A DNA stretch of 64,000 nucleotides from the NCBI GenBank assembly GCA_965203275.1, contig OZ241865.1, positions 2,304,001 through 2,368,000 of the forward strand. Direction: 5' to 3'. Shown one piece after another: positions 1 through 10,322 of the stretch (position 1 is its first letter; every line of letters begins with the position of its first letter). Source of the DNA: Bdellovibrionales bacterium. GTDB lineage: Bacteria; Bdellovibrionota; Bdellovibrionia; Bdellovibrionales; JAUICD01. Position numbers and translations under genes: made by a program. The notes beneath the pieces are model-generated. The model had not been told where the DNA came from. It made no database searches and was given only the letters and a program-made list of their open reading frames with translations.

Positions 1-230
1 ATTTTTTTTAACAAAAATATAAAGTTTTATGTCATAATAAACGATAAGAATTGTGTTAGACGAAAAATTAGAAATTTCTAAAGTCGACCTAAAAAAGTCT
101 AACAATTACAAACACTTAATACTGTAACTTTTATACAAAAGTCACAATACTAACTTATTGGAATCACTGAAAATCTAATTTTTAAACCCAAATTCTCTAC
201 CTTTTCAAAGAAATCCAGAGAAACGAACAC
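1..230 (-). repeat. Dispersed repeat, inverted copy of ~51055-51284; runs off the window start
   Basis: Near-identical reverse complement by eye; contains the TGTAACTTTTATACAAAAGTCACA palindrome at 123-146. Confidence 0.9.
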
Positions 231-670
231 CTTGTTTCCCTAACATGGTATTAAAAAAAGAAGGGATCCTCCTTACTAAAAGTAAACGGACTTTTGAGGT
301 AGCCAGCCTTTGATCGACGGCGTGAGCCAAAAGGTGTAAGAAAGAACTTTTTCCTTAACATGAAGTAAAAAGAAACGAAGAGATCCTCCTACTAAAAGTG
401 GTCAAGCTTTCTAGGTTGCCATTGGTGATGAAGGAATTTTTCCTTAACATCATGTTAAAGGACGAAGAGATCCTTCCCTACTAAAAATAAACGGATTTTT
501 GAGGCATTGCTCTTTTTGGACAGCGATAGCTGTCAGAGCAATGCCCAAAAACAGCCAGAGGCTGGTTTATTTTTAGTGAAAAAGATAAGAAGGCGACAGC
601 CTTCGGCTGGCAACCAGAAAGTGACCAGAGGTCAGACCACTTTTAGTGAAACAACCACTTTTAGTGAAAC
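231..670 (+). repeat. Cluster of family A hairpin repeats: one partial copy, and one full copy (437-582) nested in another
   Basis: Shared motifs TTCCTTAACAT, GATCCT, ACTAAAAGT...CCAGAGG...TTTTAGTGAAA. Confidence 0.85.
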
Positions 671-1476
671 AACTCATCAAACCAACGCCTTAGAGTGCTG
701 ACAGAAATCTTTGTTTGTTTTGCTACTTCTGCAAAGGCTTTTTCAACTCCCATTTCTTTCTTTTTTTCAATAACTAGAGCAATGGTTTCTTCATGATGTT
801 CTTGATAAAACAAACGTGTCAAATCGTCGACAGAGAACCCTGTTTTCTCTGCTACCTCTGCAATAGCTTTATCAAATGATTCCAGCTCTTTCTTTCTTTC
901 AATAACTAGAGCTATGGCTTTACTTTTATATTTATAAAACCAATTCCTCAGAGTTCTGGCATGAATCCCTGTTTGCTCTGCTATTTCTGCAATAGCTTTC
1001 ATAATTCCTATCTTTTTATTTATTTTTTCCATCATTAGAGCAACGCCCTCTGCTTTTTGTTCTTTAGAATAATAATTGCGTTTTTTCTTTTTTGAAAAAT
1101 TCCAAAAAGATCGCTTAGCTTGATCTATCAATGGATAGAGTGTACCTTTAATCTGAGCCGGTGTCTTACCATCAAAATACTCTGATAGAAAATGAAAAAT
1201 AGGCGAATGAGTACCCGAGGAAGCTAAAAAGAAATGTTCTGGAAATGTGGGAATCCGAAAAGTCTTATCATATCGTTTTGTCTTATCTCTAATATTTATG
1301 TACCTGACTGCTTTTTCTGTATTACTAAGTTGTAAAATCCGACCATTTTGACGATGTATGTTTCTGATCTCTTCTTCTTTCTCACGAATAGCTAAATTCC
1401 ATAAACGATCAAATCCTTTGTCATAGCCGATCATTCTCAATGTCGATACAGTTTCATTTACATGTAGAAGAAGCAA
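661..1476 (-). CDS. Protein with three C-terminal HTH-like repeats (IS3 OrfA-like HTH); probably the 3' part of a disrupted gene 661-1921
   Basis: IAEQTGIHARTLRNW, VAEKTGFSVDDLTRLF, VAKQTKISVSTLRRW; in frame with ORF 1486-1689 across a single TAG. Confidence 0.6.
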   Translation of the reverse strand: MLLLHVNETVSTLRMIGYDKGFDRLWNLAIREKEEEIRNIHRQNGRILQLSNTEKAVRYINIRDKTKRYDKTFRIPTFPEHFFLASSGTHSPIFHFLSEYFDGKTPAQIKGTLYPLIDQAKRSFWNFSKKKKRNYYSKEQKAEGVALMMEKINKKIGIMKAIAEIAEQTGIHARTLRNWFYKYKSKAIALVIERKKELESFDKAIAEVAEKTGFSVDDLTRLFYQEHHEETIALVIEKKKEMGVEKAFAEVAKQTKISVSTLRRWFDELFH

Positions 1477-1485
1477 TCCATCTGA

Positions 1486-1921
1486 CTAGAATTCAAAAGG
1501 CTCTGGGTCGCTACTATTTAAACCTATTTTTTCTAAAAGAAATCCTTGAAAATCCCTTAAAATCCCTAGATTTTCTAAAACAACAAACAATGCACTTTTA
1601 TTTTCACCATCACCATCTATATCCATTAAATTTAAACGATAGATGGCTTCATCGGCTGATTGGATTTTTGTCAAAGCTGCAAAGGACATGATAAATATTT
1701 ACTTTTGGGTTTACGCTATTGTTATGTGTCACTTGAGCAATGATTGAAGCTATCTGGAGCATGTTTTGAGCTTCTGGTGAAAGTTCTCTGAACCTTTGAT
1801 GATCTTTATCCAGAGTGGTAAGTAAAACGCCAGGGCAGTCTTCTTGCGGGAGGGCAAATGCCTCACCAACATTGACTACATTGACTACAAAAAATAAACA
1901 TAAAAAATATTTTTTCATCAT
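1486..1921 (-). pseudogene. Signal-peptide-bearing 5' part of the HTH-repeat gene (frameshift plus nonsense codon)
   Basis: MKKYFLCLFFVVNVVNVGEAFA signal peptide; overlapping ORFs 1649-1921 and 1486-1689; TAG at 1486-1488. Confidence 0.5.
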
Positions 1922-2073
1922 AAGTGAGTTATATTATATTTTTCCTCTATTGCAAGTTAAGAGAAGACATATTTGTAAAAAAAACATGTTTGTAAAAAAG
2001 ATATGCCCTTTGCAAGGGTTTATATAAATAAATTACACGGCATTTGACAATTGATTCTTGATTTGGTTTTCCC

Positions 2074-2497
2074 TCCGGGATCCGGGATCCGGCATCAGAA
2101 AGATTTGTTTCCTTAACATCGTGTAAAGAGACGAGAGGATCCTTCCTACTAAAAGTAAACGGACTTTTGAGACATTGCTCTTTTTGGACAGCGTAAGCTG
2201 TCAGAGCAATGTCCAAAAGTAGCCAGAGGCTAGTTTACTTTTAGTGCAAATCAAATGAGGCAATGACCATTTTGTCAACGTGAAGTAAACATCTTGTTTC
2301 CTTAACATCGTGTAAAGAGACAAGAGGATTCTTCCTACTAAAAATAAACGGATTTTTGAGGCAATCAGCCTTTGATCGACGGCGACAGCCGTCGGGCTGA
2401 TTGCCCAAAAAGAGCCAGAGGCTGGTTTATTTTTAGTGAAACAAACGCGGTCATTGTCCAAAAACATGCCAGAGGCATGATGCATTTTGAGTGAAAG
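2074..2497 (+). repeat. GGGATCC heptamer run followed by two full family A copies (2104-2250, 2292-2442) and a 3' fragment
   Basis: Same motifs and stem-loop architecture as the other copies. Confidence 0.85.
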
Positions 2498-2509
2498 TAA
2501 CAAGCAAAG

Positions 2510-3646
2510 TTAGCTGGAAATGAGCTGATCAAAATAATGAAAGACGGCAGGTGTTGCCCAATTTTCTGTAGAAGCAACCTTTTTAATGAGTTTATGTTCT
2601 CTATTTAAAATATAACTTTCTGGTAATCTCCAAGTTCCCCAACTTTCTGCAATTTGCTTATTTCCATGCAGAATAATAAAATCAGAGGAGTCCATTTCAA
2701 AAGCCTTCATAAAATGAATGATATCTGATTTGTTTTCATCCATAGATATTGCTAAAATTTTTACCTGCCCTTGAAATTTATCCACAAGCTTCAACATAGA
2801 ATCTATCTCTTCTATACAGGGGGAACACCATGTTGCCCAAAAATTTACAATAGTGATAGTCCCTCTCAAATCAGACAAGGACACCAAACGATCATCATCT
2901 GCTATAACAGAAGGTAAACTGAAATTCGATGCCCCTACTTCTTCTAATTGAGATAAAATATTCTGATCTTGAGTGACTGCTTGATCCTTATAACCAACAC
3001 AGTTGCGTGCAACAAAAGCAATAGTTGCCAATAAAACAATCAGAATAAAGGCTATTAAAAGGCCCTTTGTCTTTGGAGTTAAGAAAGACTTTAATCGAGA
3101 CCATAAAGATGGCTTTGTGATCACCTGAGCCTTTACAGGAGTCTTATCTTCTGGCGTTTGATCAGGAGGAAGAGCCTTACCCTTGCTTTCTGGTTGCACT
3201 GGAGGTTTTGCCTTTTTAGCTGGTTTCAACTTGACGACCTCTTTCTGCATGAGCTTGATTCTATCTTCCTTACTTAAAATCAAACCAGGCTCAACCCATT
3301 CAATCAAAGCCATATTGGCATTGTCTCCCATACGACAACCAGACTTAATAATACGTGTATAACCTCCTTTGCGATCCACAAACTGAGGAGCTAAACGATT
3401 AAAAACATCTGCAATGAGTTTCTTGTTAGGATACCTAGCTAAGAGTAACCTTCGTTCATGCAAACCACCTTTCTTAGCTAGAGTGATAAGCTTTTCTGCA
3501 TGTCTTCTGAGTTCTTTGGCCTTCGCTAAAGTAGTTGTGATACGTCCATATTGAATCAAATCAAAGACTAAGTTCCTTAATAAAGACTTCTTATGATTAT
3601 CACTACGGCCAAAACTCTTGCGTTGGACTTTGACTCTATGTCTCAT
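2510..3646 (-). CDS. rplQ: 50S ribosomal protein bL17 fused to a linker, TM helix and TlpA/ResA-like thioredoxin domain
   Basis: N-terminal MRHR...GRITTTLAKAKELRR...GGYTRIIK; position after rpoA; hydrophobic GLLIAFILIVLLATIAFVA; NFWATWCSPC. Confidence 0.9.
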   Translation of the reverse strand: MRHRVKVQRKSFGRSDNHKKSLLRNLVFDLIQYGRITTTLAKAKELRRHAEKLITLAKKGGLHERRLLLARYPNKKLIADVFNRLAPQFVDRKGGYTRIIKSGCRMGDNANMALIEWVEPGLILSKEDRIKLMQKEVVKLKPAKKAKPPVQPESKGKALPPDQTPEDKTPVKAQVITKPSLWSRLKSFLTPKTKGLLIAFILIVLLATIAFVARNCVGYKDQAVTQDQNILSQLEEVGASNFSLPSVIADDDRLVSLSDLRGTITIVNFWATWCSPCIEEIDSMLKLVDKFQGQVKILAISMDENKSDIIHFMKAFEMDSSDFIILHGNKQIAESWGTWRLPESYILNREHKLIKKVASTENWATPAVFHYFDQLISS

Positions 3647-3667
3647 AAACTTACCTTTATAAATGCT

Positions 3668-5290
3668 CTAATTACTTTGGCCTGTTGATCCCCCACCTTT
3701 CTGATCAGTGGGATCATGTTGATCTGTTGCAGGGTCATAACCATCAGAATGTTCTACAGATCCTTGATCTGTTGGATCTGTTGTGTATCCAGTGGCTCCC
3801 CCTTGACCATATCCACCTTGTCCACCCTGTTGACCATATCCACCTTGTCCACCCTGTTGACCATATCCACCTTGTCCACCTTGTTGACCATATCCACCTT
3901 GTCCACCCTGTTGACCATATCCACCTTGTCCACCTTGTCCTTGACCATGTCCACCCTGCCTTGGATGTCTATATGAAGGATCCTGTCCTCCTTGTTGATT
4001 ATAAGGATCTTGTTGTCCGTACCCACCTTGTCCAGTAGAGGATCTGTACGGATGACCCTCTTGTTGACCATACCCTTCTTGTGCTGGAGCTTCTCCCCCA
4101 TAACCACCTTGTTGCATTGCTCCATATCCACCACCCTGCCCTTGACCATGTCCTCCTACTGGCCCGCCTTCATAAGGTGGCCCAGCAGGTCCACCAGGTC
4201 CAGCAGGTCCACCAGGTCCAGCAGGTCCACCAGAGCCTTGTTGCTGATATCCTGCCCTCATAGCCATGTTTTCATTGTTGTTATCCATCATTTCAATAGA
4301 AGAAGGAGGCCATCCATCAACTCTCATCCCTAAACTCAAATTCATACTTGTAAGTATTTCTTTAATTTCATTTAAGGACTTCCTTCCAAAGTTTTTTGTT
4401 TTGAGCATATCAGCTTCTGTCTTTGTAACAAGCTCTCCAATATAACGAATATTTGCATTTTTTAAACAGTTAGCACTTCTAACTGATAACTCCAAGTCAT
4501 CCACAGATCGAAATAAATTATCATTCAGTTGTGGCATAGCAGCTTCTTTTGCTACCTCTTGTACTTCTACAACTTCATCAAAATTAATAAAGACTTGAAC
4601 TTGCTCTTTGATAATCTTAGCAGCTAGAGTACATGCCTCATCTGGCTTTAAAGATTCATCTGTCCAGATTTCTAAGACAAGTCGATCATAGTCTGTTCTC
4701 TGTCCCACACGAGCATTCCCTACATGGTAATTGACTTTTCGAACAGGACTATACAAACTATCTACAGCAATAAAATCTACTGGTAAATCAGTCTTTTGAT
4801 CAGAATAAAGCACATAACCTCTACCAAACCGGCATATAATTTCAGCATGAAATTTACCATTTTCTCCTAGTGTACATATATGCTGATGAGGATTGATCAC
4901 AGAGATTTTATCATTGACCTGAATATCAGCTGCTGTCACTGGACCTTGCCCTTCTTTAACGATTGTGAGAGTGACAGGCTCTGGAGTAAACTGACGAAAA
5001 CGTACTTCTTTAAGGTTTAAAATAATATCAGTCACATCCTCTAACACATCAGGAATAGTCGTAAACTCATGGAGTACCCCTTCAAAACGCACGGCAGCCA
5101 CTGCCGACCCCATCATAGAACTGAGCAAAACTCTCCGAAGGGAGTTGCCTAAAGTTGTCCCATAACCCCTCTCTAAAGGTGCAATGGTAAACTTCCCATA
5201 ACCATCTGTTAAAGAGTCTTGATCTATGTCAAAAGACTTAGGCTTAATTAGCTTTTGCCAAAATTGATTGTAATGCTTTTGAATTTCCAT
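3668..5290 (-). CDS. rpoA: RNA polymerase alpha subunit with ~200-aa low-complexity C-terminal extension
   Basis: [44 protein letters not shown]. Confidence 0.97.
   Translation of the reverse strand: MEIQKHYNQFWQKLIKPKSFDIDQDSLTDGYGKFTIAPLERGYGTTLGNSLRRVLLSSMMGSAVAAVRFEGVLHEFTTIPDVLEDVTDIILNLKEVRFRQFTPEPVTLTIVKEGQGPVTAADIQVNDKISVINPHQHICTLGENGKFHAEIICRFGRGYVLYSDQKTDLPVDFIAVDSLYSPVRKVNYHVGNARVGQRTDYDRLVLEIWTDESLKPDEACTLAAKIIKEQVQVFINFDEVVEVQEVAKEAAMPQLNDNLFRSVDDLELSVRSANCLKNANIRYIGELVTKTEADMLKTKNFGRKSLNEIKEILTSMNLSLGMRVDGWPPSSIEMMDNNNENMAMRAGYQQQGSGGPAGPGGPAGPGGPAGPPYEGGPVGGHGQGQGGGYGAMQQGGYGGEAPAQEGYGQQEGHPYRSSTGQGGYGQQDPYNQQGGQDPSYRHPRQGGHGQGQGGQGGYGQQGGQGGYGQQGGQGGYGQQGGQGGYGQQGGQGGYGQGGATGYTTDPTDQGSVEHSDGYDPATDQHDPTDQKGGGSTGQSN
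3803..3937 (-). repeat. Five 27-bp tandem repeats encoding GGQGGYGQQ within rpoA
   Basis: TTGACCATATCCACCTTGTCCACCYTG x5 on the plus strand. Confidence 0.9.
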
Positions 5291-5436
5291 TGATTTATCT
5301 CCTTTTGTTGTCAGTATTTTGTTGTCACCATTTTGTTGTCACTCATTGTTGTTAGTTAAAATGACAGTTTATAATAAAATCTAATGATTAATCTTAATCA
5401 ATTTTTATATTTATTACCCTTTTACCTAGAATATTT

Positions 5437-6063
5437 TTACCTAGAATAAAATTCTACAATCATATTTTCTTCTACCGATAAAGTAATTTGGTTTCTCGCA
5501 GGTAAGCTATTAACTTTGCCTTTAAAGTTTTTATGTTCTGCTAATAGCCAATTAGGTATTTCACGTTTTTGTGAGAGTTCTATTGCTGTTACAATTTTAG
5601 TCTTATCACGACTTTTTTCTCGTACCTCTAAAATATCTCCCACACTTAATAAATAGCTTGGAATATTTACACGTTTTGCATTCACTAAAAAATGATTATG
5701 TCGAATCATTTGCTTAGCTTCTCTCCGACTAGCGGCATAGCCTAAGCTGTAAACTACATTATCTAATCTCATCTCTAACTGCCTTAAAAAATTCAAGCCT
5801 GTATCACCTTTCATTCTGTTTGCATTATAATAATATATCCTAAATTGCCGTTCAAACACCCCGTAATATCTACGTGCTTTTTGTTTCTCTCGAAGTTGTA
5901 ACGAAAATTCAGAAAATTTTAATCTCTTTTGTCCAGCTTGGCCAGGAGGATAAGAACGTCTTTCATATCCACATTTATCTGTATGACAGCGTGTTCCTTT
6001 AAGGTAAAGCTTCTGCCCTTCTCTCCGGCAAAGCCTGCACACACTCTCCATAATCTTACTCAT
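5437..6063 (-). CDS. rpsD: 30S ribosomal protein uS4
   Basis: CRLCRREG, QLREKQK, LEMRLDNVVY, IVEFYSR; ATG at 6063. Confidence 0.97.
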   Translation of the reverse strand: MSKIMESVCRLCRREGQKLYLKGTRCHTDKCGYERRSYPPGQAGQKRLKFSEFSLQLREKQKARRYYGVFERQFRIYYYNANRMKGDTGLNFLRQLEMRLDNVVYSLGYAASRREAKQMIRHNHFLVNAKRVNIPSYLLSVGDILEVREKSRDKTKIVTAIELSQKREIPNWLLAEHKNFKGKVNSLPARNQITLSVEENMIVEFYSR

Positions 6064-6095
6064 TTTTATTTCTCCATTACTTAAATCATCAATCA

Positions 6096-6485
6096 TTAAA
6101 CCCGTCTACGCTTAGGCGGACGACATCCATTGTGAGGCACAGGTGTCACATCTCGGAAGCTCATTACTTTTAATCCTAAATTAGCAATAGATCGCACAGC
6201 CGGCTCCCGTCCTGCCCCTGGACCCTTCACTATAATATCTACTGACTGCATGCCACGATCCATAGCTAATTTAATAGCATCTTCAGCAGCCATTTGAGCA
6301 GCAAAGGCTGTTCCCTTACGACTTCCTTTAAACCCTAACTTACCTGCACTTGACCAACAAACTGTCCCACCATCTGGATTGGTCACAGTGATTATAGTGT
6401 TGGAAAAACCAGATTGAATATAAACCTTTCCAATAGGTATTGCTACTTTTTTAGCTTTTTTCTTATGTACTGCTTTACTAGCCAT
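6096..6485 (-). CDS. rpsK: 30S ribosomal protein uS11
   Basis: [25 protein letters not shown]. Confidence 0.98.
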   Translation of the reverse strand: MASKAVHKKKAKKVAIPIGKVYIQSGFSNTIITVTNPDGGTVCWSSAGKLGFKGSRKGTAFAAQMAAEDAIKLAMDRGMQSVDIIVKGPGAGREPAVRSIANLGLKVMSFRDVTPVPHNGCRPPKRRRV

Positions 6486-6496
6486 AACTTACCTGA

Positions 6497-6874
6497 TTAT
6501 TTTGTTGCCTGTTTTTTATTTGCGACAGTCTTTTTAGGACCCTTACGAGTTCTACAGTTAGTTCTTGTATTTTGACCTCTCACAGGCATTCCTTGTTTAT
6601 GACGTATACCTCGATAACAATTTAAGTCCATTAAACGTTTTTTAGCCATAGAAGTTTCACGCCTTAAATCCCCTTCAACTTTATAGGAATCTTGAAGTAA
6701 ATCTCTAATCTTAGCCACATCATGATCTGTTAAGTCTTCTGTACGAAATGAAGGCTTAAAATTAAGCTGACGGCATATCTTTTCAGATGTCTTTCTACCT
6801 ATTCCATATAAATAAGTCAATGCTACGACAATTCTTTTATTTTTAGGTAAGTCCACACCACTCACTCTAGCCAT
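6497..6874 (-). CDS. rpsM: 30S ribosomal protein uS13
   Basis: [26 protein letters not shown]. Confidence 0.98.
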   Translation of the reverse strand: MARVSGVDLPKNKRIVVALTYLYGIGRKTSEKICRQLNFKPSFRTEDLTDHDVAKIRDLLQDSYKVEGDLRRETSMAKKRLMDLNCYRGIRHKQGMPVRGQNTRTNCRTRKGPKKTVANKKQATK

Positions 6875-6883
6875 ATTTTCTAC

Positions 6884-6997
6884 CTACCCTTGTCTTTGTT
6901 TATGTTTAGGGTTTTCACAAATGACTCGGATCACACCCGATCTTTTAATGATTTTACACTTATTGCATATTTTTTTGACAGAAGGTCTTACTTTCAT
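6884..6997 (-). CDS. rpmJ: 50S ribosomal protein bL36 (not in the ORF track)
   Basis: Manual translation [37 protein letters not shown]. Confidence 0.97.
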   Translation of the reverse strand: MKVRPSVKKICNKCKIIKRSGVIRVICENPKHKQRQG

Positions 6998-7114
6998 TGT
7001 ATATCCCTTTCATTTATTTTTTTCTGCTTTTCATTTAAAAATGATTTAAAAATATTAAGCCTTCGTTACTTTAACAAAATATTAAAGGAAAAGTCAAATA
7101 ACAAACATCATTCC

Positions 7115-7762
7115 TTAATCACCTTTGTTAAAAAATGACTCAATTTGAGTAAATACCTCGTCTTCACTCCCTTGTCCATCAATTTCCAGCAAAATGCCCT
7201 TTTCTTTATAATAAGCAATCAAAGGAACTGTATTTTGAGCATACACATCTAATCGTGTTTTGACAACTGATTCGCTATCATCAGCCCTCTGAAAAAGCTC
7301 TCCTCCACAATAACGACAGCGTTTAGAGTCCGGAGAATTTATATCAAAATGGAAAATACTCTTGCACTTCTTACAAATACGACGACTTGTAAGTCTTTCA
7401 ATCAATACATTTTGAGGAGTCGTTAAAAAAATGGCTTTTTCTAATTGAATATGCTTTTTTTCAAGCAAATCAGATAAACCCTCTGCCTGTCTAATAGTAC
7501 GAGGGAAGCCATCTAAAACAAACCCTTTAGATAAGTCTAAATGGTCAAAAACATCATAAAATAACTCTAAAACAATAGGGTCAGGGACATATTGTCCTAC
7601 ATTAATATAGCCCCTAGCTTTTTGACTCCATGGAGATTGCTCTTTGAGATGCTTACGAAATAAATCTCCTGTCGAAATATGATGTATACCATATTTTTTT
7701 TTTAATCTTGCAGATTGTGTGCCTTTACCTGCACCGGGTGGGCCAAATAATAATATATTCAA
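7115..7762 (-). CDS. adk: Adenylate kinase
   Basis: GPPGAGKGTQ, HISTGDLFR, LDGFPRT, Zn-binding lid. Confidence 0.97.
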   Translation of the reverse strand: MNILLFGPPGAGKGTQSARLKKKYGIHHISTGDLFRKHLKEQSPWSQKARGYINVGQYVPDPIVLELFYDVFDHLDLSKGFVLDGFPRTIRQAEGLSDLLEKKHIQLEKAIFLTTPQNVLIERLTSRRICKKCKSIFHFDINSPDSKRCRYCGGELFQRADDSESVVKTRLDVYAQNTVPLIAYYKEKGILLEIDGQGSEDEVFTQIESFFNKGD

Positions 7763-7776
7763 TATTACATCCTTGC

Positions 7777-9093
7777 TTAATATTGTACTCTTCTACTTTT
7801 AATCTTGTATCCTTTGACAAAGCCATCATATTGGATATTTAAAAGGTGAGATTGCACCTGTTGCATAAAATCCAGGGCCACACCTACTAAAATTAACAAG
7901 CTTGTTCCTCCAAAAAAGAATGGCACTCTAGCTTGCTCCATTAAAAAGCCTGGCAAAATACACACAGCACTTAAATAAATAGCTCCTACTGTATTAATGC
8001 GGTTGAGAACCCTTTGGATATATTCCGAAGTGTGTTGACCTGCTCGAATCCCTGGAATAAAACCCCCATGCTTTTTTAAATTTTCTGCCACGTCATCAGG
8101 CTTAAATACAATTTCTGCATAGAAAAAGCAAAAGAAAATAATTAAAGTCACAAATAAAATATTGTAAATAGCTCCTGTAGGCTGAAAAGAATCTCTCAAA
8201 CTTGCTAACCACTGGCTACTTGTAAATTGAGCTAGGGTAGCAGGCAACATCAATAGACTACTGGCAAAAATAGGAGGAATAACTCCTGAAAAATTAATTT
8301 TAAGAGGCAAATGTGTACTTTGAGTAGCTCCCATACGGCTAGCTCTCTGTGAATACTGAATAGTGATGCGTCTTTGAGCAACCTCCATCCAAATAATATA
8401 AGCAATCACCCCTAACATAAATATCAAAAGCAATAATACAAATAAAGAACTCATCTGACCTTGCCTGATCATGCTGATCATACTGGTGGTAGCACTTGGC
8501 ATACCTGCTGCAATCCCTGCAAAAATAATCAAAGAAGCTCCATTGCCAATGCCTCTTTCTGTGATTTGCTCACCTAACCACATAATAAAACAAGTGCCAG
8601 CTGTGAGAGTAATAATGGTCATTAATTCAAAAGGAATAATTCCTACATAAGGGGAATTGACCAATGGCACTCCTGCTGCTGTCGTGGAGTTTTTTAAGAA
8701 GGTACTCATGCCATAACCTTGGATAATAGCTAAGATCACAGTACCATAACGTGTGTATTGATTGATTTTCTTCTGGCCTTGTTGGCCTTCTTTTTTAAGT
8801 TGTTCTAAGTAAGGAACTGTTGCCCCTAAAAGTTGAAAAATAATCGAACTAGAAATATAAGGCATAATCCCAAGGGCAAAAACAGAAAACTGCTCTAATG
8901 CCCCACCAGTAAAGGTATTAAATAAACCAAAGATACCATCGCTTTGAGCTACAAAGAATTCTTGAACTGCGTCATTATCAACGCCAGGTGCTGGTACATG
9001 AACACCAATCCTGTAGATCACTAAAATCCATAGCGTAAAAAGCAGGCGGTTTCTCAAAGCCTCATTTTTAATTAATCCTTCTACGGCCGACAT
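7777..9093 (-). CDS. secY: Preprotein translocase SecY
   Basis: FALGIMPYISSSII, GIGNGASLIIFAGI, FGGTSLLILVGV. Confidence 0.98.
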   Translation of the reverse strand: MSAVEGLIKNEALRNRLLFTLWILVIYRIGVHVPAPGVDNDAVQEFFVAQSDGIFGLFNTFTGGALEQFSVFALGIMPYISSSIIFQLLGATVPYLEQLKKEGQQGQKKINQYTRYGTVILAIIQGYGMSTFLKNSTTAAGVPLVNSPYVGIIPFELMTIITLTAGTCFIMWLGEQITERGIGNGASLIIFAGIAAGMPSATTSMISMIRQGQMSSLFVLLLLIFMLGVIAYIIWMEVAQRRITIQYSQRASRMGATQSTHLPLKINFSGVIPPIFASSLLMLPATLAQFTSSQWLASLRDSFQPTGAIYNILFVTLIIFFCFFYAEIVFKPDDVAENLKKHGGFIPGIRAGQHTSEYIQRVLNRINTVGAIYLSAVCILPGFLMEQARVPFFFGGTSLLILVGVALDFMQQVQSHLLNIQYDGFVKGYKIKSRRVQY

Positions 9094-9135
9094 AGCTCTC
9101 CTTGCCTCAAAAATATGTTATTTTCTTTCACTTAT

Positions 9136-9615
9136 TTATGAATTTATAATTTCTATTTTACCACCTGCTTTTTCAATAGCTACTCTTGCAGATCGACTTA
9201 AGGCATGCACCTTAGCATGAAAAGCCTGTTGAACAGGTTGCAAACCACAGAGAATTTTAATAGGTTTATTTTGTTTTCGAATAAGTCCAAATTTTTGCAA
9301 AACATCAGGGGTGATCTGGTAAATGCCTTGCTCATTTTTATCTAAAGATTGATGTGGTAATTTGATGATGCGATCTAAAGATACAATATGAAACTTCACT
9401 TTGTTCAAAGGAGTAAAGCCAAACTTAGGTAACCTTTGCCATAGAGGCATTTGACCGCCCTCAAAAGTAGCCCTTTGTTTGCTACCAGAGCGAGCTTTCT
9501 GCCCCTTATAACCTCTAGCTGCCGTTGTCCCCCATCCAGAGCTATTCCCACGGCCTATGCGTTTTTTACTAGATGTAGATTTTAGAATGGGTTTGAGTTC
9601 TGAAAGCAACGACAT
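9136..9615 (-). CDS. rplO: 50S ribosomal protein uL15
   Basis: RIGRG, KGQKARSG, FEGGQMPL.RLPKFGF. Confidence 0.97.
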   Translation of the reverse strand: MSLLSELKPILKSTSSKKRIGRGNSSGWGTTAARGYKGQKARSGSKQRATFEGGQMPLWQRLPKFGFTPLNKVKFHIVSLDRIIKLPHQSLDKNEQGIYQITPDVLQKFGLIRKQNKPIKILCGLQPVQQAFHAKVHALSRSARVAIEKAGGKIEIINS

Positions 9616-9624
9616 TTTTATCCT

Positions 9625-9825
9625 TTATTTGTTATTTGTTTGTACCTGTACATCTAAAAGATGTTGCATTTTAAATATTTTCCCCTTCACAGAAGGGCTA
9701 TCTGCAAAAACTTTTTCTGAACCAATTTTCTTCAAACCTAAGCATCTAATAGTTTCTTTTTGTCTCTTAGTACAACCAATTGTGCTTTTTTTGAGTCTGA
9801 CTTTAAAAAATTTTATATCTGCCAT
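9625..9825 (-). CDS. rpmD: 50S ribosomal protein uL30
   Basis: KVRLKKSTIG...TIRCLGLKKI; position between rpsE and rplO. Confidence 0.93.
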   Translation of the reverse strand: MADIKFFKVRLKKSTIGCTKRQKETIRCLGLKKIGSEKVFADSPSVKGKIFKMQHLLDVQVQTNNK

Positions 9826-9836
9826 AATATTATTCC

Positions 9837-10310
9837 CTATATGCCACGTTCTGCTTTGACAATACTATCTGTTTTGAGTTGTTGAAGCCCTTGAAATGTA
9901 GCACGAACAGCTGTATGAGAATTCCTAGTACCAACACATTTTGTGAGGATGTTTTTTATACCCGCTACTTCTAATACAGATCGTACAGCACCTCCTGCAA
10001 TCACACCAGTTCCTGACATTGCAGGGAACATAATGATCTTACCTACACCGTATTTGCCAATCACTTCATGCGGGATAGTGCCTTTTTCAATAATGATTTT
10101 AGAGATGTTGTTTTTAGCAGCTCGACCTGCTTTGCCAATAGCTATAGGTACTTCATTGGCTTTGCCAAGACCAAAACCTATCTCGCCGTTTTTATTGCCT
10201 ATAACCACTAAAGCCGAAAAAGAAAACCTTCGTCCACCTTTCACAACCTTAGCTACTCGATTGACACTCACAACTCGCTCTTCAAACTCTTGCATTGTTT
10301 CTTCTTCCAC
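9837..10310 (-). CDS. rpsE: 30S ribosomal protein uS5
   Basis: [21 protein letters not shown]; probable GTG start after GGGAG (ORF track start is 10322). Confidence 0.97.
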   Translation of the reverse strand: MEEETMQEFEERVVSVNRVAKVVKGGRRFSFSALVVIGNKNGEIGFGLGKANEVPIAIGKAGRAAKNNISKIIIEKGTIPHEVIGKYGVGKIIMFPAMSGTGVIAGGAVRSVLEVAGIKNILTKCVGTRNSHTAVRATFQGLQQLKTDSIVKAERGI

Positions 10311-10322
10311 AAACACTCCCAA

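Noticed and set aside
596..612. CTTCGG as a UUCG tetraloop in family A
   Set aside because: Comparison with 25313-25472 shows it is the 3' arm of GAAGGC-GNNA-GCCTTC.
661..1476. Complete IS3-family element
   Set aside because: Only HTH-like segments are present; no DDE integrase ORF or IS terminal repeats were seen.
507..2577. Short ORFs 507-701, 1947-2216, 2201-2503, 2365-2577 (and similarly 25027-25778, 50404-50637)
   Set aside because: They lie mostly in repeat DNA and show no recognisable protein motifs.
3685..4333. Alternative-frame repetitive ORFs over the rpoA tail
   Set aside because: Shadows of the 27-bp and 18-bp coding repeats.
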